64,000 bases of DNA from Octopus sinensis (lineage: Eukaryota). Location of the stretch: assembly GCF_006345805.1 (NCBI RefSeq), contig NC_043000.1:154690001-154754000 (forward strand), read 5' to 3'. Made by a program: the position numbers and the translations under genes. The notes beneath the pieces were generated by a model. It ran no database searches. It was not told the origin of the DNA and saw only the letters and a program-made list of their open reading frames with translations. Shown here piece by piece: positions 38,463-52,291 of this stretch. Numbering within the stretch: position 1 is the stretch's first letter; the number at the start of each line of letters is the position of its first letter.

Positions 38463-38989
38463 TTTTCGTATTTCTTCCATCCTACTTCCTAAAATTGACA
38501 TGTTGAAAGGTCACCAGCCCTTGTGAGAAAATGTGTCTATTTCCAAATATGTTGATAGGTGTACAATGGAAAGAAAAGAAAAGAGAAAGAAAGGGCAAAA
38601 AAAGAAAAATGCTTTGTAATGAAATTTCAATGAATTGGCTACATCAAATTGAAAAAAAACCCTCTTTCTTTCTCTATCTATCTATATATCTCCATCTTTT
38701 ATTATTATTTTTTCTCCTCTTTCTTGATTGTCCAGAAACCTCTCTCTCTATCTGTTTCTCTCTATCTTTTCTTTTCTTTCTTTCTTTCCCCCTTTTTTTA
38801 AAATAAGACAAAAAATATTCTCCTCTTATAAACAAAGCAAAAAACCATCAAATTCATATAAATGAACAACGAAACATTCTGTTTTTACCATTTTGATTTT
38901 GATTTTGTCTTGACAAGTTCAAAAAAACAAATGAAAGCACTATTAAAAGATTATCCAAAATTCTGACTGCCTCCCTTCTCTCATATATA

Positions 38990-39045
<56 letters not shown>

Positions 39046-39124
39046 TATATTTATGTATATATACATATATATATGATATATATATATATGTATAAAAGTA
39101 TTTACACACACACACATATAAAAC

Positions 39125-39880
39125 TCTCATGGAATATTCTAAGTATGCTGTGGAACATGGAGTCAGCCATGTTGTTATCTGATCTAATATTAGCATATGA
39201 CAGGCTTCTATCCCAGGCCCAAATTGAAATAACATGACTAATTGTCATCAATGTGGAGACTGCACATAGTTGAAGCATATTCTGGCAGCATATACGTTAT
39301 CCTTGGCAGAATATACATTGGCAGCTTAACCAAATCTTAGACGTCCTTGCTAGAGCACTAAAACAGTAACAAAGTACAATCACTATAAAGAAAATCACTA
39401 ACAAGTGTGGCACCTGGTTGTTTTCTGCATGGAAGGTGGAAGAATGCAATGCAATGTAAGAATATAAGAAAACAAAAGCAAAAAGCTAGGTTTCTAGATG
39501 TAGGTCATATCTGGAAGGTGCAGGTGAATCTGGAGTAAGATCTCATGTTCCCAAGCCATATTGCAATAACTAAGCAACATCTGATTATTATCAGCATTAT
39601 CTGACTTGATAATATTTCTAATAGTGGAGTTGATGTTACCTTGAGAATACAATATGGAATGGGCCCATCGAAGGAAATGTTTAAAATATGGTGGAAAGAG
39701 TTTAAGGAATTGCATGACACACAAGGATGGCAATATACAATAGTACTTTCAGAGATTGTAGATTTGTTATTAAATTCTCCGTGCCTTACTTGTCTTGTAT
39801 TATGCTTGGAAGAAGCAAAAGAACAATAATTCATGAACTGTATTGGATGGTACAAATGTTTTGTCATGGATGTAGTAGGG
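39125..39880 (+). mobile_element. Decayed HERO/NeSL-like RLE LINE C-terminal region
   Basis: LWNMES...AYD, NCHQCG...LKHIL, WQLNQILDVLA, LMFPSHIAIT, IVELMLP*EYNMEWAHRRKCLKY (compare IELTVPWEE.MEEA.ERK..KY), QGW. Confidence 0.65.
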
Positions 39881-39886
39881 GTATGT

Positions 39887-40270
39887 GGAGGCGCAATGGC
39901 CCAGTGGTTAGGGCAGCGAACTCGCGGTCGTAGGATCGCGGTTCGATTCCCAGATCAGGCGTTGTGAGTGTTTATTGAGCGAAAACACCTAAAAGCTCCA
40001 CGAGGCTCCGGCAGGGGATGGTGGTGATCCCTGCTGTACTCTTTCACCACAACTCTCTCTCTCTCTTACTTCCTGTTTCTGTTGTACCTGTATTTCAAAG
40101 GGCCGGCCTTGTCACTCTCTGTGTCACGCTGAATATCCCCGAGAACTACGTTAAGGGTACACGTGTCTGTGGAGTGCTCAGCCACTTACACGTTAATTTC
40201 ACGAGCAGGCTGTTCCGTTGATTCAGATCAACCAGAACCCTCATCGTCGGAACTGACGGAGTACTTCCAT
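39887..40270 (+). mobile_element. tRNA-derived SINE family C, full length
   Basis: A-box TGGCCCAGTGG, B-box GGTTCGATTCC; CpG-rich, suggesting a young copy. Confidence 0.9.
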
Positions 40271-41105
40271 CCAGTAGGGGTATATGAGAGAAAGAATCAA
40301 CAATGCCAAGATTATTACTGAATCCTCAGTCAGTAGTAAAACATAATTGTTGGCTGGTTTTGGTTGCCCCGGTTTTGGTGAGGCAACTGCATAGATGAAA
40401 GGTGGTGAAAAGCATGCAACAATATGGGCCAAAAGGATGTGAACATTTCCTGGTAGCCTGAAGGCTACATTGGAGTTGAATAATACTTGTGGAAAGTACT
40501 GAAATAGTTATGATCTCTAATTGACATCTGATGATGAGTATGTTTTATAAGTGCAAGTTACATGTAGTTTATATGTGTGTGCGTGTATGTGTGTATGGTT
40601 GGATCACTGTTGCTTAATGATGAAGATTCAGCTATTTGGTCAACTACATTACCTGCTCCTGAATTAATGTGCAAGTGCCTTAACATTCCACACACAATGG
40701 TACACTTAATGTAATTTTCATGCAAAATCGTTGCAACACATTGAGTGGGAAGGCTGTACTTTAGAATTACAGATACAACTGACTTGATGGGTTTCTATAC
40801 AGTTTCCTTCTACCCAGTTTCACTCACAAGCTATGAGGCTATAAAAAATATGCCATACAGTGGGATAAAACTCGGGAACTCAAGGTTGTAAAGTAGATTT
40901 CTTAATCACAATGCCATACCTGCACTTATGTATGTATGTATGTATATACATATATATCTCTTTATCAGTCTATTTCATAGCTGTGATCTCTGAAGGGTGC
41001 AAGGTTACATATTCGAGCTGTTATCTAACACTCTACTGAAACCCTAGCGTGAAACTGAAATGTAAGATTGGCTGTAATGGATATATAATACTGTACACTT
41101 TGATT

Positions 41106-41430
41106 ATCATCATCATCATTGTCATCATCATTATTTAATGTACACTTTCCATACTGGCATTGGCTGGATGGTTTGACTGAAAACTGGTAAGTGGGTAACT
41201 GCACCAGGTTTCAATCTGATTTGGCATAGCTCCTATAGCTGGATGCCCTTTCTAACACCAACCACTCCAAGAGTGTCGTGGGTGCTTTTTATGCACCAGG
41301 GTCAGCTACAAAACACCAGCATCGGCCACAACTAGGATCTCACTTCGCATGACAGGTCTTCTCAAGCATGGTATATTACCAAAAGTCTCAGTCACTTGTC
41401 ACTACCTTATCTAACGTTCAATGCTTGTAG
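41106..41430 (-). mobile_element. Older RTE 3' end
   Basis: (CAT)n followed by the reverse-complement UTR motif. Confidence 0.7.
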
Positions 41431-42140
41431 GGGTTAGACAGAATTTATTGAATCAGAAGTAGTAAATTACAAGTGCATTTTCTGGTTTTCTTTACTCTGA
41501 GTTCAAATCCTGGCAAGCTAAACTTTGCGCCTTATCCATTCAGTGCCGATAATGTAACCAATCCAAGAGAGTAGATTGCCAGAATTAGCGTGATGAGCTG
41601 CTCATAATATCTGTTCTTGTTCTTTGCCTATTGAGTTAAAAATTCTACCAAAGTGCTAATGGCCAGAGTGCTAATATGCAACCACAGAAACATTATTCCT
41701 TTCCTCACAATTTGGACAGGTAAGGGCTGCAACTATCATAGCTAAGTGGGTAACAGCATGCTGAAGTTTCATCCAGTAATGGATCAACAACGGTAGAACA
41801 AAAATGGAAATGGAAATCATATAGCATACATGTACACACTCACATACACACACGTGTGCGCATGTGCACACATACACACATGCATGCATGCATGCACATA
41901 TATGCAGACACACATATATGCTTCTATGCATACACAACTCATATATTATGTACATATATACATACTGAGCTTACAAAGAATAAGTCCCGGGGTCGATCTG
42001 CTCGACTAAATGGCGGTGCTCCAGCATGGCCACAGTCAAATGACTGAAACAAGTAAAAGAGTAAAGAGTATACATGTACACACACATGTACACACACATG
42101 CATGCACACATATATATGCATATATATGTTCTCATATATG

Positions 42141-42183
<43 letters not shown>

Positions 42184-42873
42184 CTTTATGTGTGTATACA
42201 TAAATACATACATACACAAACAGGCAGATATATATCTTCTGCTGTTGTATTTTAAAATTAAGTATCCATCGTCATCACCGAATACAGCAGCAGCACTACT
42301 AGCAGCAGTGGCAACAGCAGCAGCAACATCAGCAACAGCAGCAGCAGCAGCAGCACGAGAAAAAGCAGCAGTAGCAGTAGAATGTCAATAATGAGTCTTG
42401 CTGTTTATAATGTTGCTACCTAGAAAACGGTGGTGGTAGCAGACACTGCTGCTACCAAGCGAAGCTGTGTTCAACGGTGAGACTGATGGATAGAGTGATA
42501 GAACGGTAAAAAAAGAGAGAGCGAGAGGAAGAGAAGGTGAAGGAGGAGGAGGAGGAGGAGGAGGAAGTGAGGGATGGTGGGAGGGTATTGCTTGTCAAAG
42601 CAAACAAGTGCCATCTCAAAGAACAGACTGCAACAACTTCAGACAAACTAAATATATTGGTTAATTTATTACTTCAAGTGATTTGCGTGTATTTCTTTTT
42701 TTTGAATTTCTTTACACATGCATGCATGCATGCACACGCATACATACATGCATGTGTGCACGTGCATACGTACACGTCTGTGCATTTCTCTGTATGTTTG
42801 CTCATGTTTGCATATGTGTATATAAATGCATGTATATACATATCTACATACATATGTATGTATATATATATAT

Positions 42874-42907
<34 letters not shown>

Positions 42908-43120
42908 TATGTATGTATATTCATATATATATGTATATATACATATGTATGTATATATATATATATACATACACACATATGTATGTATATTTATATATAT
43001 ATATGTGTGTGTATATATATATATATATATATACCTATGTATGTATATATGTATATGTATGTATATATGTATGTATGTATGCATGTATGTATATATATAT
43101 ATATATATGTATATATATAA

Positions 43121-44188
43121 TCATCATCATCATCATCATTTAACGTCTGCTTTCCATGCAGGCATGAGTTGGATGATTTGACTGAGGGCTGGCAAACCAG
43201 ATGGCTGCACCAGGCTCCAATCTGATCTGGTAGAGTTTCTACAGCTGGATGCCCTTCCTAACGCTGACCACCCTGAGAGTGTAGTGGATACTTTTCACTG
43301 GCACGAGGGCCAGTCAGGCGGTACTGGCAACGGCCATGCTCAAATGGTGTTTTTTACGTGCCACCTGCACAGGAGCCAGTCAGGCAGCACTGGGTGCGAA
43401 CTCACTCGAATATTTTTTCATGTGTCACCAGCACAAGTGCAAGTAAGGCAACGCTGGTAATGATCATGCTTTTTATGTGCCATCGACACAGAAGCCAGTC
43501 AGCTGCTCTGGCAACAATCGGGCTTGGATGGTGCTCTTAGTGCTCCACTAGCATAGATGCCAGTCATAGAATTTGATTTCAATTTCACTTGCCTCAACAG
43601 GTCTTTGCAAGCAGAGTTTAGTGTCCAATGAAGGAAAGGTATGCATAAGTGGGCTGGTTACACCTCTGGCATAGGCCACAGGTTATGGTCTCACTTGGCT
43701 TGCCGGGTCTTCTCAAGCACAGCAAATTTTCAAAGGTCTCGATCACTAGTCATTGCCTCGGTGAGGCCTAATGTTTGAAGGTTGTGCTTCACCACCTTAT
43801 CCCAAGTCTTTCTGGGTCTGCCTCTTCCCTGAACCGCTAGGGTGTGGCACTTTTTCACACAGCTGTCCTCATCCATTCTCGTCACATGACCATATCAGTG
43901 CAGTTGTCTCTCTTGCACACCACATCTGATGCTTCTTAGGTCCAACTTTTCTGTCAAGGTATTTACACTCTGTCGTGTATGCTTACTGACATTACACATC
44001 CATCGGAGCATGCAGGCTTCATTCTTTGCAAGCTTACGCATGTCCTTAGCAGTCACAGCCAGTGTTTCACTGCCATGTAGCATGGCTGTTTGTATACATG
44101 CGTCATACAGTCTACCTTTGAGCGAGAGGCCCTTTGTCACCAGCAGAGGTAAGAGCTCTCTGAACTTTGCCCTGGCTATTCTTATTCT
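43121..44188 (-). mobile_element. 5'-truncated RTE LINE (C-terminal ORF, 3' UTR, (GAT)n tail)
   Basis: [16 protein letters not shown]...[18 protein letters not shown]...MLRWMC...YGHVTRMDEDSCVKKC...RGRPRKTW...LEKTRQAK*. Confidence 0.92.
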
Positions 44189-44271
44189 AGCATATATATA
44201 TGTATGTATGTATATATATATATATATATGCACACACACATATATATATATACATAAATATATTTTATATA

Positions 44272-44333
<62 letters not shown>

Positions 44334-44635
44334 CATAAATATATTTATATATAAATTTATATATATATGTGTGTGTGTGTGTGTGAACACAATTTGAAAT
44401 AAAGGTTCAAGGATTACTGTTGATATATTTGTGCATAAGTGTGTGCTTGTGTGTGTATGTGCAAGTGTGTTTATGCATATGTTGATGCAAGTGTACATGT
44501 TGAAGCTACATTTAAGGGTAGATTTGTGCATGTGTGCATGTGGAAGAGATTTAAGGGCTACTGTTAATCTATATATGTATATACGAGTGTATATATATAT
44601 ATGTGTACATAGCTCAATGTGTGAACAAATGCATG

Positions 44636-44857
44636 TGTATGTATGTGTACACATGTATGTATGTATGTTGTATGTATGTATGTATGTATGATGTATGTAT
44701 GTATGCATGTATGTATGTATGTATGTATGTATGTATGTATGTATGTATGTTTGTATGTATGTATGTATGTATGTATGTATGTATGTATGTATGTATGCAT
44801 GTATGATGTATGTATGTATGTATGTATGTATGTATGTATGTATGTATGTATGTATGT
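44636..44857. repeat. (TATG)n microsatellite
   Basis: Direct reading. Confidence 0.95.
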
Positions 44858-45125
44858 GAGCAAATATACAAGCTTGTCTATATTGATGAAGAGGGTGGGG
44901 GGTTTGCTTGCTGTGTTTGCCATTGATGTATATGAATGGGTGTTTCTTAGGGTGCATGCATACAGCAGTTTATATGTGGGTTGATGTTAGGGGGGAGAGA
45001 GAGAGAGAAAGAGAGGGAGAGAGAGAGGGAGAGAGAGAGGGGGATGATCAGAGAGGAGGGTGGAAGTTAGTTCCTAGTGTGCGCAACATGTGCATCTGGA
45101 TTTTAGGGATTTGCATATGCTTGTA

Positions 45126-45157
<32 letters not shown>

Positions 45158-45707
45158 CATGCGTAAAATAAATGATTTGTGATGTGTATTTGTGTGTATA
45201 CAATGCATTTGACAGCGTGTTTATAAGGAGACTGGGTGTGTATGTTTGGTGTATGTGTTGCGTGTGTTTGTGCATGAACGATTTTTCAGTGATGTTTGTG
45301 TGTTCATGCATGCCTGCATGCATGCATGCATGCATTTGTACATACACATGTGTGAATGCATGTATGTGTTTGCAAAAGCATGGATGATTCCAGTGTGATG
45401 TGGGTGAATGGAAAGCGTAGAAGAAAAGGAGACGGAACATTAGAAAAGAAAAAAGAGAAAGAAAAGAAAAGATGAGGAAGGAAACAACGACATGAATGAC
45501 GAGGAAAGAAGAAGAATTTAGATGAAGATGAAATAGAGATGCAAGCAATAATAATAATAATAATAATAATATTAATAGTAAAAGGAAGAAAAAAAAAAAC
45601 TGATGATAATGGTAATGAAGAAGAAAAAGACGAAAAGAGAAATAAATAAATAAATAGAAACTGAAAGTAAAGAAAGAAGGGAAATGAAACAAACAAGAAA
45701 TGAAATA

Positions 45708-45708
45708 C

Positions 45709-45740
<32 letters not shown>

Positions 45741-45766
45741 TAATAATAATAATAATGGTAATAGTA

Positions 45767-45841
<75 letters not shown>

Positions 45842-45885
45842 GTAATAGTAATATTAATAATAATAATAATAATAGTAATAGTAAT

Positions 45886-45931
<46 letters not shown>
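45708..45931. repeat. (AAT)n microsatellite
   Basis: Direct reading. Confidence 0.95.
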
Positions 45932-45933
<2 letters not shown>

Positions 45934-46157
45934 CCCAAAATACACAAACGCTAGCGCATAACACACATACAACAGTCGACAGATTCAAACGTATACGTAC
46001 ATATACACAGGAACACACACATACACACACTCTGTAACACATAAAACACACATATACACGCAAGAATACTGCCGCTTGCATAAATGTGTATGTACCGTCA
46101 TATGCACACGTATAACACAATTGTCATGCACACACATACACGTGTGTGTGTATATAT

Positions 46158-46210
<53 letters not shown>

Positions 46211-46440
46211 TGGAGAGAGATGCCATTAAAGAAGAGGTGTATTCCATCATATGTTGGATCACTTGAGGTAGAGATATTGATTTCTGTTCTGTTCGTCTCT
46301 CAGAGCTAAGTGGAACTGGTGGCAGTGGTGGTGGTGGTGGTAATAGTAGTGATGGGGGAGGGAGGTAGTGGCAGTGGGGAGTTGTAACAGTGATGGTAGG
46401 AATGCTGATGGTGATAGCAGTTGTAACAGCAGTAGTAGTT

Positions 46441-47112
46441 GTGGTGGTGGTGGTGGTGGTGGTAGTGGTTGTGGTTGTGGTGGTGGTAGTGATAGCGGTC
46501 ACGGTGGTCTGTAGAAGTGACAAGGGTTGGAAAAGAAAGAGAGAGACAGGGAGAGAGAGAGACAGAGAGACAGAGACAGAGAGAGAGAGTGAGAGAAGGA
46601 GAGAGAAAGTGAGACAGAGAGAGAAAAAGAGAGAAAGAGAGTGAGACAAAGAGAGAAAAAGAGAGAGAGAGAGGGAGAGAGGGAGAGGGAGAGAGAGAGA
46701 AAGAGAGAGAGTGAGTGAGACAGAGAGAGAGAGAGAGAGGGTGAGAGGGAGAGAGAGAGAGTGTGGTAGTGGTGTACTACAGACGATTGTGGTAGTGGTA
46801 ACAGTGTTAGTTATTATGTCAGTTTTCAGTGGTGAGAACAGTGGTGGTGGTGGTGGTAGTGGTGGTTGTGATGATGGTAGTGGTTGTAGCAATAGTGGTA
46901 GTGATGATAGTGGTTGCAGAGATGGTAGTGGTAATGATGATGGTGGCAGTAGTAATAGTGATGGCAATGATGACGATAATGGTGTGGTGGTGGTGGTGGT
47001 GGTGGTAGTGGTTGTGGTTGTGGTGGTGGTAGTGATAGCGGTCACGGTGGTCTGTAGAAGTGACAAGGGTTGGAAAAGAAAGAGAGAGACAGGGAGAGAG
47101 AGAGAGAGAGAC

Positions 47113-47169
<57 letters not shown>

Positions 47170-47208
47170 GAGAAAAAGAGAGAAAGAGAGTGAGACAAAG
47201 AGAGAAAA

Positions 47209-47244
<36 letters not shown>

Positions 47245-47575
47245 GGAGAGAGGGAGAGGGAGGAGAGAGGAGAGAGAGAGAAAGAGAGAGAGTGAGTGAG
47301 ACAGAGAGAGAGGAGAGAGAGAGAGGGTGAGAGGGAGAGAGAGAGAGTGTGGTAGTGGTGTACTACAGACGATTGTGGTAGTGGTAACAGTGTTAGTTAT
47401 TATGTCAGTTTTCAGTGGTGAGAACAGTGGTGGTGGTGGTGGTAGTGGTGGTTGTGATGATGGTAGTGGTTGTAGCAATAGTGGTAGTGATGATAGTGGT
47501 TGCAGAGATGGTAGTGGTAATGATGATGGTGGCAGTAGTAATAGTGATGGCAATGATGACGATAATGGTGGTGGT
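46441..47575. repeat. Two-unit tandem duplication (about 545-590 bp) of (GGT)n/(GA)n low-complexity DNA
   Basis: Unique anchors GATAGCGGTCACGGTGGTCTGTAGAAG and GTACTACAGACGATTG each occur twice. Confidence 0.9.
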
Positions 47576-48432
47576 GGTGGTGGTTGTAGTAGTGATGATG
47601 ATGATGATAGTAGTGATGATGGTAGTGGTAGTAGTAAAGGCTGTGGTGATGGTGGTGGAAATGGTGTTGGTGTTAGTGATGGAGAAACAGAGTGATGATG
47701 GCAGTTGTTGTTGTTGTTGTCGTTGTCGTCGTCATCATTGTTGTTGCTATTTGTTGTAATATTGTTGGTAGTAGTTTCGGTGGTGGTGTCAGTGGTAGTG
47801 GTAGTGTTGGTGGTGGTGGTGGTGGTGGTGTAGGTAGTAGTGGCAACAGTGCTGCTGTTTCTTCTTCAGTGCTTAATTGAAAACTGCTATTTTTATAATT
47901 GCTTTCTCTCCAGCTGTGAGTGTATGTATTTGTAAGTGCATTTATGCATATGTTCACATGTGTATATGTATGTTTGTGTGTGTATGTATGTGTGTGCGGC
48001 GTGTGTGTGTGTGCGTGTGTATTTGTGTGCTTTCGTGTGTGTAATTTTTTGTGTGCGTACATATCATCTGCATCATGTGTGTTATGTCTCCATGTATGAT
48101 TACGTTGCCTACAAACGCTATGGCCTTACAATCTCCGATGAACTTTCCTAGCGATCACATTATCTCTACACAGCCAAGACTGCATTCATTATAAAAGGTT
48201 GGGTTTTCATTCAACAGCCAGAAAATATTAAATACTTCGTCCATAAACAACTAATAATTACCACTGTGTTTCTCTACCCCCAGAGTAATGCCGATACCCT
48301 AGGGCTGTTTGCTCCCTCAATTACACATATCACAAATTCAAAAAATTATTTAATTATAATTCTAATTAATTTCACATTTTTGCACAAAGCCAGCAATTTC
48401 GAGGGTTGGGTAAAGTCCATTACCCCAGGGCT

Positions 48433-48930
48433 CATCATCACTGTCATTTAATGTTTGTTTTCCATGCTGGCATGGGTTGGATGATTTGAACAGAGCTGGC
48501 AAACCAGAGGACTGCACTAGATTCCAGTCTAATTTGGCTTGGTTTATATGGCTGCATACCTTTCATAATGCCAATCACTTTACAGAGTATGCTTGGTGCT
48601 TTTTATGTGGCACAAATACAGGTTCTCTGTATATGGACTGGCACAAGTGTTTTTTAGATGGACCAGCACGGATGCTTTTTACATGGACCAGTATGGTTGC
48701 TTTGTACGTGGATTGGCATGTGTGCTTTTTATGTAAACTGGTAAGACTGCTTTTTACATGGACCAAAATGGGTGCTTTTTTATGTTGACTGGTACAAAGG
48801 CTTCTGCAAGGCAAAACTCTCTTTAGCTGGGTGGGGAGCATTAAAAATTCCATTGTGGCGGGTGGATCTTCTTGAGTACAGTAAGATGCCAGATATTGTG
48901 ATCCTTTGCCATCTCCTTCATAAGATCAGT
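48433..48930 (-). mobile_element. Older RTE 3' end with an array of about 25-bp units, inserted into a SINE B (48365-48432, 48935-49060)
   Basis: UTR motifs present; repeated TGCTTTTTAYATGGACYRG units at 48596-48796; SINE B halves on either side. Confidence 0.7.
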
Positions 48931-49094
48931 GTCAACTAGTACTTATTTTATTGACCCCCAAAAGATGAAAAGCATAATTGACCATGGCAGACTTTGAACT
49001 CAGAATGTAAAGACAGGCAAAATGCCCAGCATTCTAAAGTTCTGCCAGCTCATCACCTTAATAATAATAACAACAACACCAATAATAATAATGG

Positions 49095-49496
49095 CCACAT
49101 TCACAGGATGTAGTAAATGGTGAGGATGTCACCATTCTTTGGGAGTTCCCAATACAAACAGACAGAAAAATTGATTACAATTGACCAGACGTTGTGATCA
49201 AGGACTACAACAGAGGAACTTGTCTGTTAATAGATATATCAGTTCCACAAGATCAAAATGTCTCAAGAAAAGAATATGAAAAGCTTTCTAACAATAAAGA
49301 TCTGCAAATTGAAATCACAAAAATGTGGAAGCTTAGTACTACGATAATACCAGTAGTGATTGGTGCATTGGGAATGATAAAGAAAGGAGCTGAGAAGTAT
49401 ATTAAGCAACTCCCTGCTAACTCCAATCTCCGTGAACTACAAAAGATAACCTTGATGGGTACAACCCATATACTACGAAATGCACCCTCCATCTAA
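49095..49496 (+). mobile_element. R4/Dong-type RLE LINE 3' fragment after (AAT)n
   Basis: TILWEFPIQTDRK...PDVVIKD...CLLIDISVPQD...EKLSNNKDLQIEI...VVIGALG...LMGTTHILR. Confidence 0.88.
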
Positions 49497-49974
49497 AATG
49501 GAATAAATGTGATAATTTTAGTATGCATAGCAAAATAAAAGTGCCCTTGCTAATCTTGACCTCCAGAGGATGCCTGGTACTAAGGCAGCTGAAATAAAGT
49601 TGTAACGCAAAATTACTTTCTATGTAATCTCAAGTTTTATAACAAACACATAATTTTCTTATGGTTTCTTAAAAATTCTCTAGAACAACACTATGTACAA
49701 AACCAAATATATGGCACCCTAGGCATAACATTATTCTTTAAGGAGTCAGTTTTCTGTTTTCTCTGATGTATATATTTCTTCCTGGACAGGATGCTGGTCC
49801 ATTGCAGGAATACTCCTTTTTACCACCTGAGTGAACTGGAGCAATATGAAATGAAGTGTTTGGCTCAAGAACATAATGTATCACCTGGTCAAGAAATCAA
49901 AACTATACAATTTTACAATCATGAGTTCAACATCCTAACCACTAAGCCATGCACTCTACCATATATTATTACTA

Positions 49975-50480
49975 ACCAGTGTCACATAACCAACCCATTT
50001 AAGAGTTCCCTTCAATCGTTGGGCAATGTATGTGCTTCAGAAGACCTATTTATGTGCCGGTGGCACATAAAAAGCACCATTCAAGCATGGTTGATACCAG
50101 TGCTGCCAGACTGGCTCTTGTGCTGGTGACACGTAAAAAGCATCATATGAGCATGGTTGATGCCAGTGCCACCTTCCTGGCTCCCATGCCGGTGACACAT
50201 AAAAAGCACCATTTGTGTGTGACTGATGCCAGTGCCACCTGACTGGCTCCTGTGTAGTTGATACCAGCGCCACATGACTGGTCCCCCCCCCATGGTGGTA
50301 GCATGTAAAAAGCACCCACTACACTCTTGGAGTGGTTGGCATTAGGAAGGGCATCCAGCCGTAGAAACCTTGCCAGATCAGATTGGAGCCTGGTGCAGCC
50401 TCCTGGTTAGCCAGTCCTCAGTCAAACCATCCAACCCATGCCAGTATGGAAAGCGGATGTTAAATGATAACGAAGATGAT
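49975..50480 (+). mobile_element. RTE 3' UTR with an array of about 62-bp units
   Basis: Repeated GGTGRCACRTAAAAAGCA units and the conserved terminus. Confidence 0.8.
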
Positions 50481-50634
50481 GGTAATGATGATGATAATGA
50501 ATATCACCCATAGTAAAGCATCAAACTTGCTGTTGAATTCTCTGGATGAGACTTGAAACAGAATGTATAAAATAAGCAACAATAATGTAAAATTATAATG
50601 ATGAGGATCATGATGATGACAATGATGATGATAG

Positions 50635-50680
<46 letters not shown>

Positions 50681-51037
50681 AGTGATGATGATGATGATGA
50701 TGATTCAATATGAAACCCGAAGAGTGACATAAGCATGTACCCATCCCCCTGTAAGACAGTGATCTGATTATGATAACCTGGGACATGTTTATCCAATGTG
50801 ACAAGGAAACCAGAGAATCTCCAACAGCTCACTATCAAAGACCTGAATGAAAATCTATATATTCCTAATGGGCACCTCAATTCCTTCCGAGTGAAAATGT
50901 TGCACAAAAAGAAATTGAATCTATCAATCAAAACTGGAATGGGAATTAAACAAGATTTAAGTGAGAATATAGTGAATGCTAATTAGAACACTTATTAGGT
51001 GTGAGAGAGAAGAACATGAGAAAAGAATTATAAATAG

Positions 51038-51192
51038 AAGTGGCTGTGTAGTAAGTAGCTTGCTTACCAACCACATGGTTCCAAGTTCAGTCCCATTGCA
51101 TGGCACCTTGGGCAAGTGTCTTCTACTATAGCCTCAGGCTAACAAAAGCCTTGTGAGTGGATTTGGTTGACAGAAACTGAAAGAAGCCCATC

Positions 51193-51225
<33 letters not shown>

Positions 51226-52138
51226 AGTGGCTGTGTGTGGTAAGTAGCTTGCTTACCAACCACATGGTTCCAGGTTCAGTCCCACTGCATGGGCACCTTG
51301 GGCAAGTGTCTTCTACTATAGCCTCAGGCCAACCAAAGCCTTGTGAGTGGATTTGGTAGACGGAAACTGAAAGAAGCCCATCGTATATATATATATATAT
51401 ATATATATATTAGGTTGGTGCATAATTATTACGGCTTTTTTTCAATAAATTTTATTCAACAAAAACAATAACATGTAACAAAGACATCTTTAAATAATTA
51501 TTCTGGAGCATATTCACCATCTACTTCAATTACTGCTTCCCATTTGTTTGGCAGCTGGTTGGAATAATCATTTAAAGATGTTTTTGTTAAATGTTGTTAT
51601 TGTTTTTGTTGCATAAAATTTATTGAAAAAAATCCACAATAATTATGCACCAACCTCGTGTTGGTGACACGTAAAAGCACCAACCAATCGTGGCCGTTTG
51701 CCAGCCTCCTCTGGCCCCTGTGCCGGTGGCACGTAAAAAAACACTCACTACACTCATGGAGTGGTTGGTGTTAGGAAGGGCATCCAGCTATAGAATCACT
51801 GCCAGATCAGACTGGAGCCTGGTGCAGCCTCCATGGCTTCCCAGACCCCGGTCAAACTGTCCAACCCATGCTAGCAAGGAAAATGGACGTTAAACGATGA
51901 TGTTGATGTTGATGATGATGTATGTGTGTGTATATGTTTGTCCCTGCCAACATCACTTGACAACTAATGCTGGTGTGTTTACTTCCTCGTAACTTAGCGG
52001 TTCGGCAAAAGAAACCGATAGAATAAGTACTAGGCTCACAAAGAATAAGTCCTGGGATCGATTTGTTCGACTAAAGGTGGTGGTGCTCCAGCATGGCCAC
52101 AGTCAAATGACTGAAACAAGTAACAAAAATAAAAGTAT
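51038..52138 (+). mobile_element. Nested cluster: SINE A with a duplicated head, interrupted by a mariner MITE and an RTE 3' end (51657-51920)
   Basis: Heads at 51038 and 51223; the SINE 3' half resumes at about 51921. Confidence 0.85.
51410..51656 (-). mobile_element. Mariner MITE / internal deletion derivative
   Basis: TIRs TTAGGTTGGTGCATAATTATT / AATAATTATGCACCAACCT (Hsmar1-like); internal QLPNKWEAVIEVDGEYAPE* is a mariner C-terminus. Confidence 0.9.
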
Positions 52139-52257
52139 AAACCACAGCAGGGCTTACAGCTTTATATAGTTAAAAAAAAAGCTCTGAGTAAAAATAACCT
52201 TGCTAGGCAAAACCTACATTTTAAGCAAGACATATTCAACTGAATAGTACAACTCAC

Positions 52258-52291
52258 CCAGTAAACTTTTCTGCACAATTGTCTCTGAATA
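52258..52291 (-). CDS. Probable 34-nt exon (V)FRDNCAEKFT(G), phase 1-2
   Basis: Acceptor gttgttgttttatag|, consensus donor TGG|gtgagt; in frame with 57648-57733 (86+34=120 nt). Confidence 0.5.

Noticed and set aside
39887-39960. tRNA-like sequences (also 13697, 35610, 37519, 62603)
   Set aside because: SINE heads with A/B boxes, no complete cloverleaf, continuing into SINE bodies.
45048-47759. Long ORFs of 222-366 aa (poly-L/I/N, mucin-like T/P/S, ER repeats)
   Set aside because: Produced by (AAT)n, (GGT)n and (GA)n tracts and a tandem duplication; no splice structure.
48130-50552. Other short AG...GT minus-strand exon candidates (about 48130-48179, 50508-50541; also 32489, 37920, 56647, 57910)
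   Set aside because: Weak or phase-incompatible sites; such pairs are frequent by chance in AT-rich introns.
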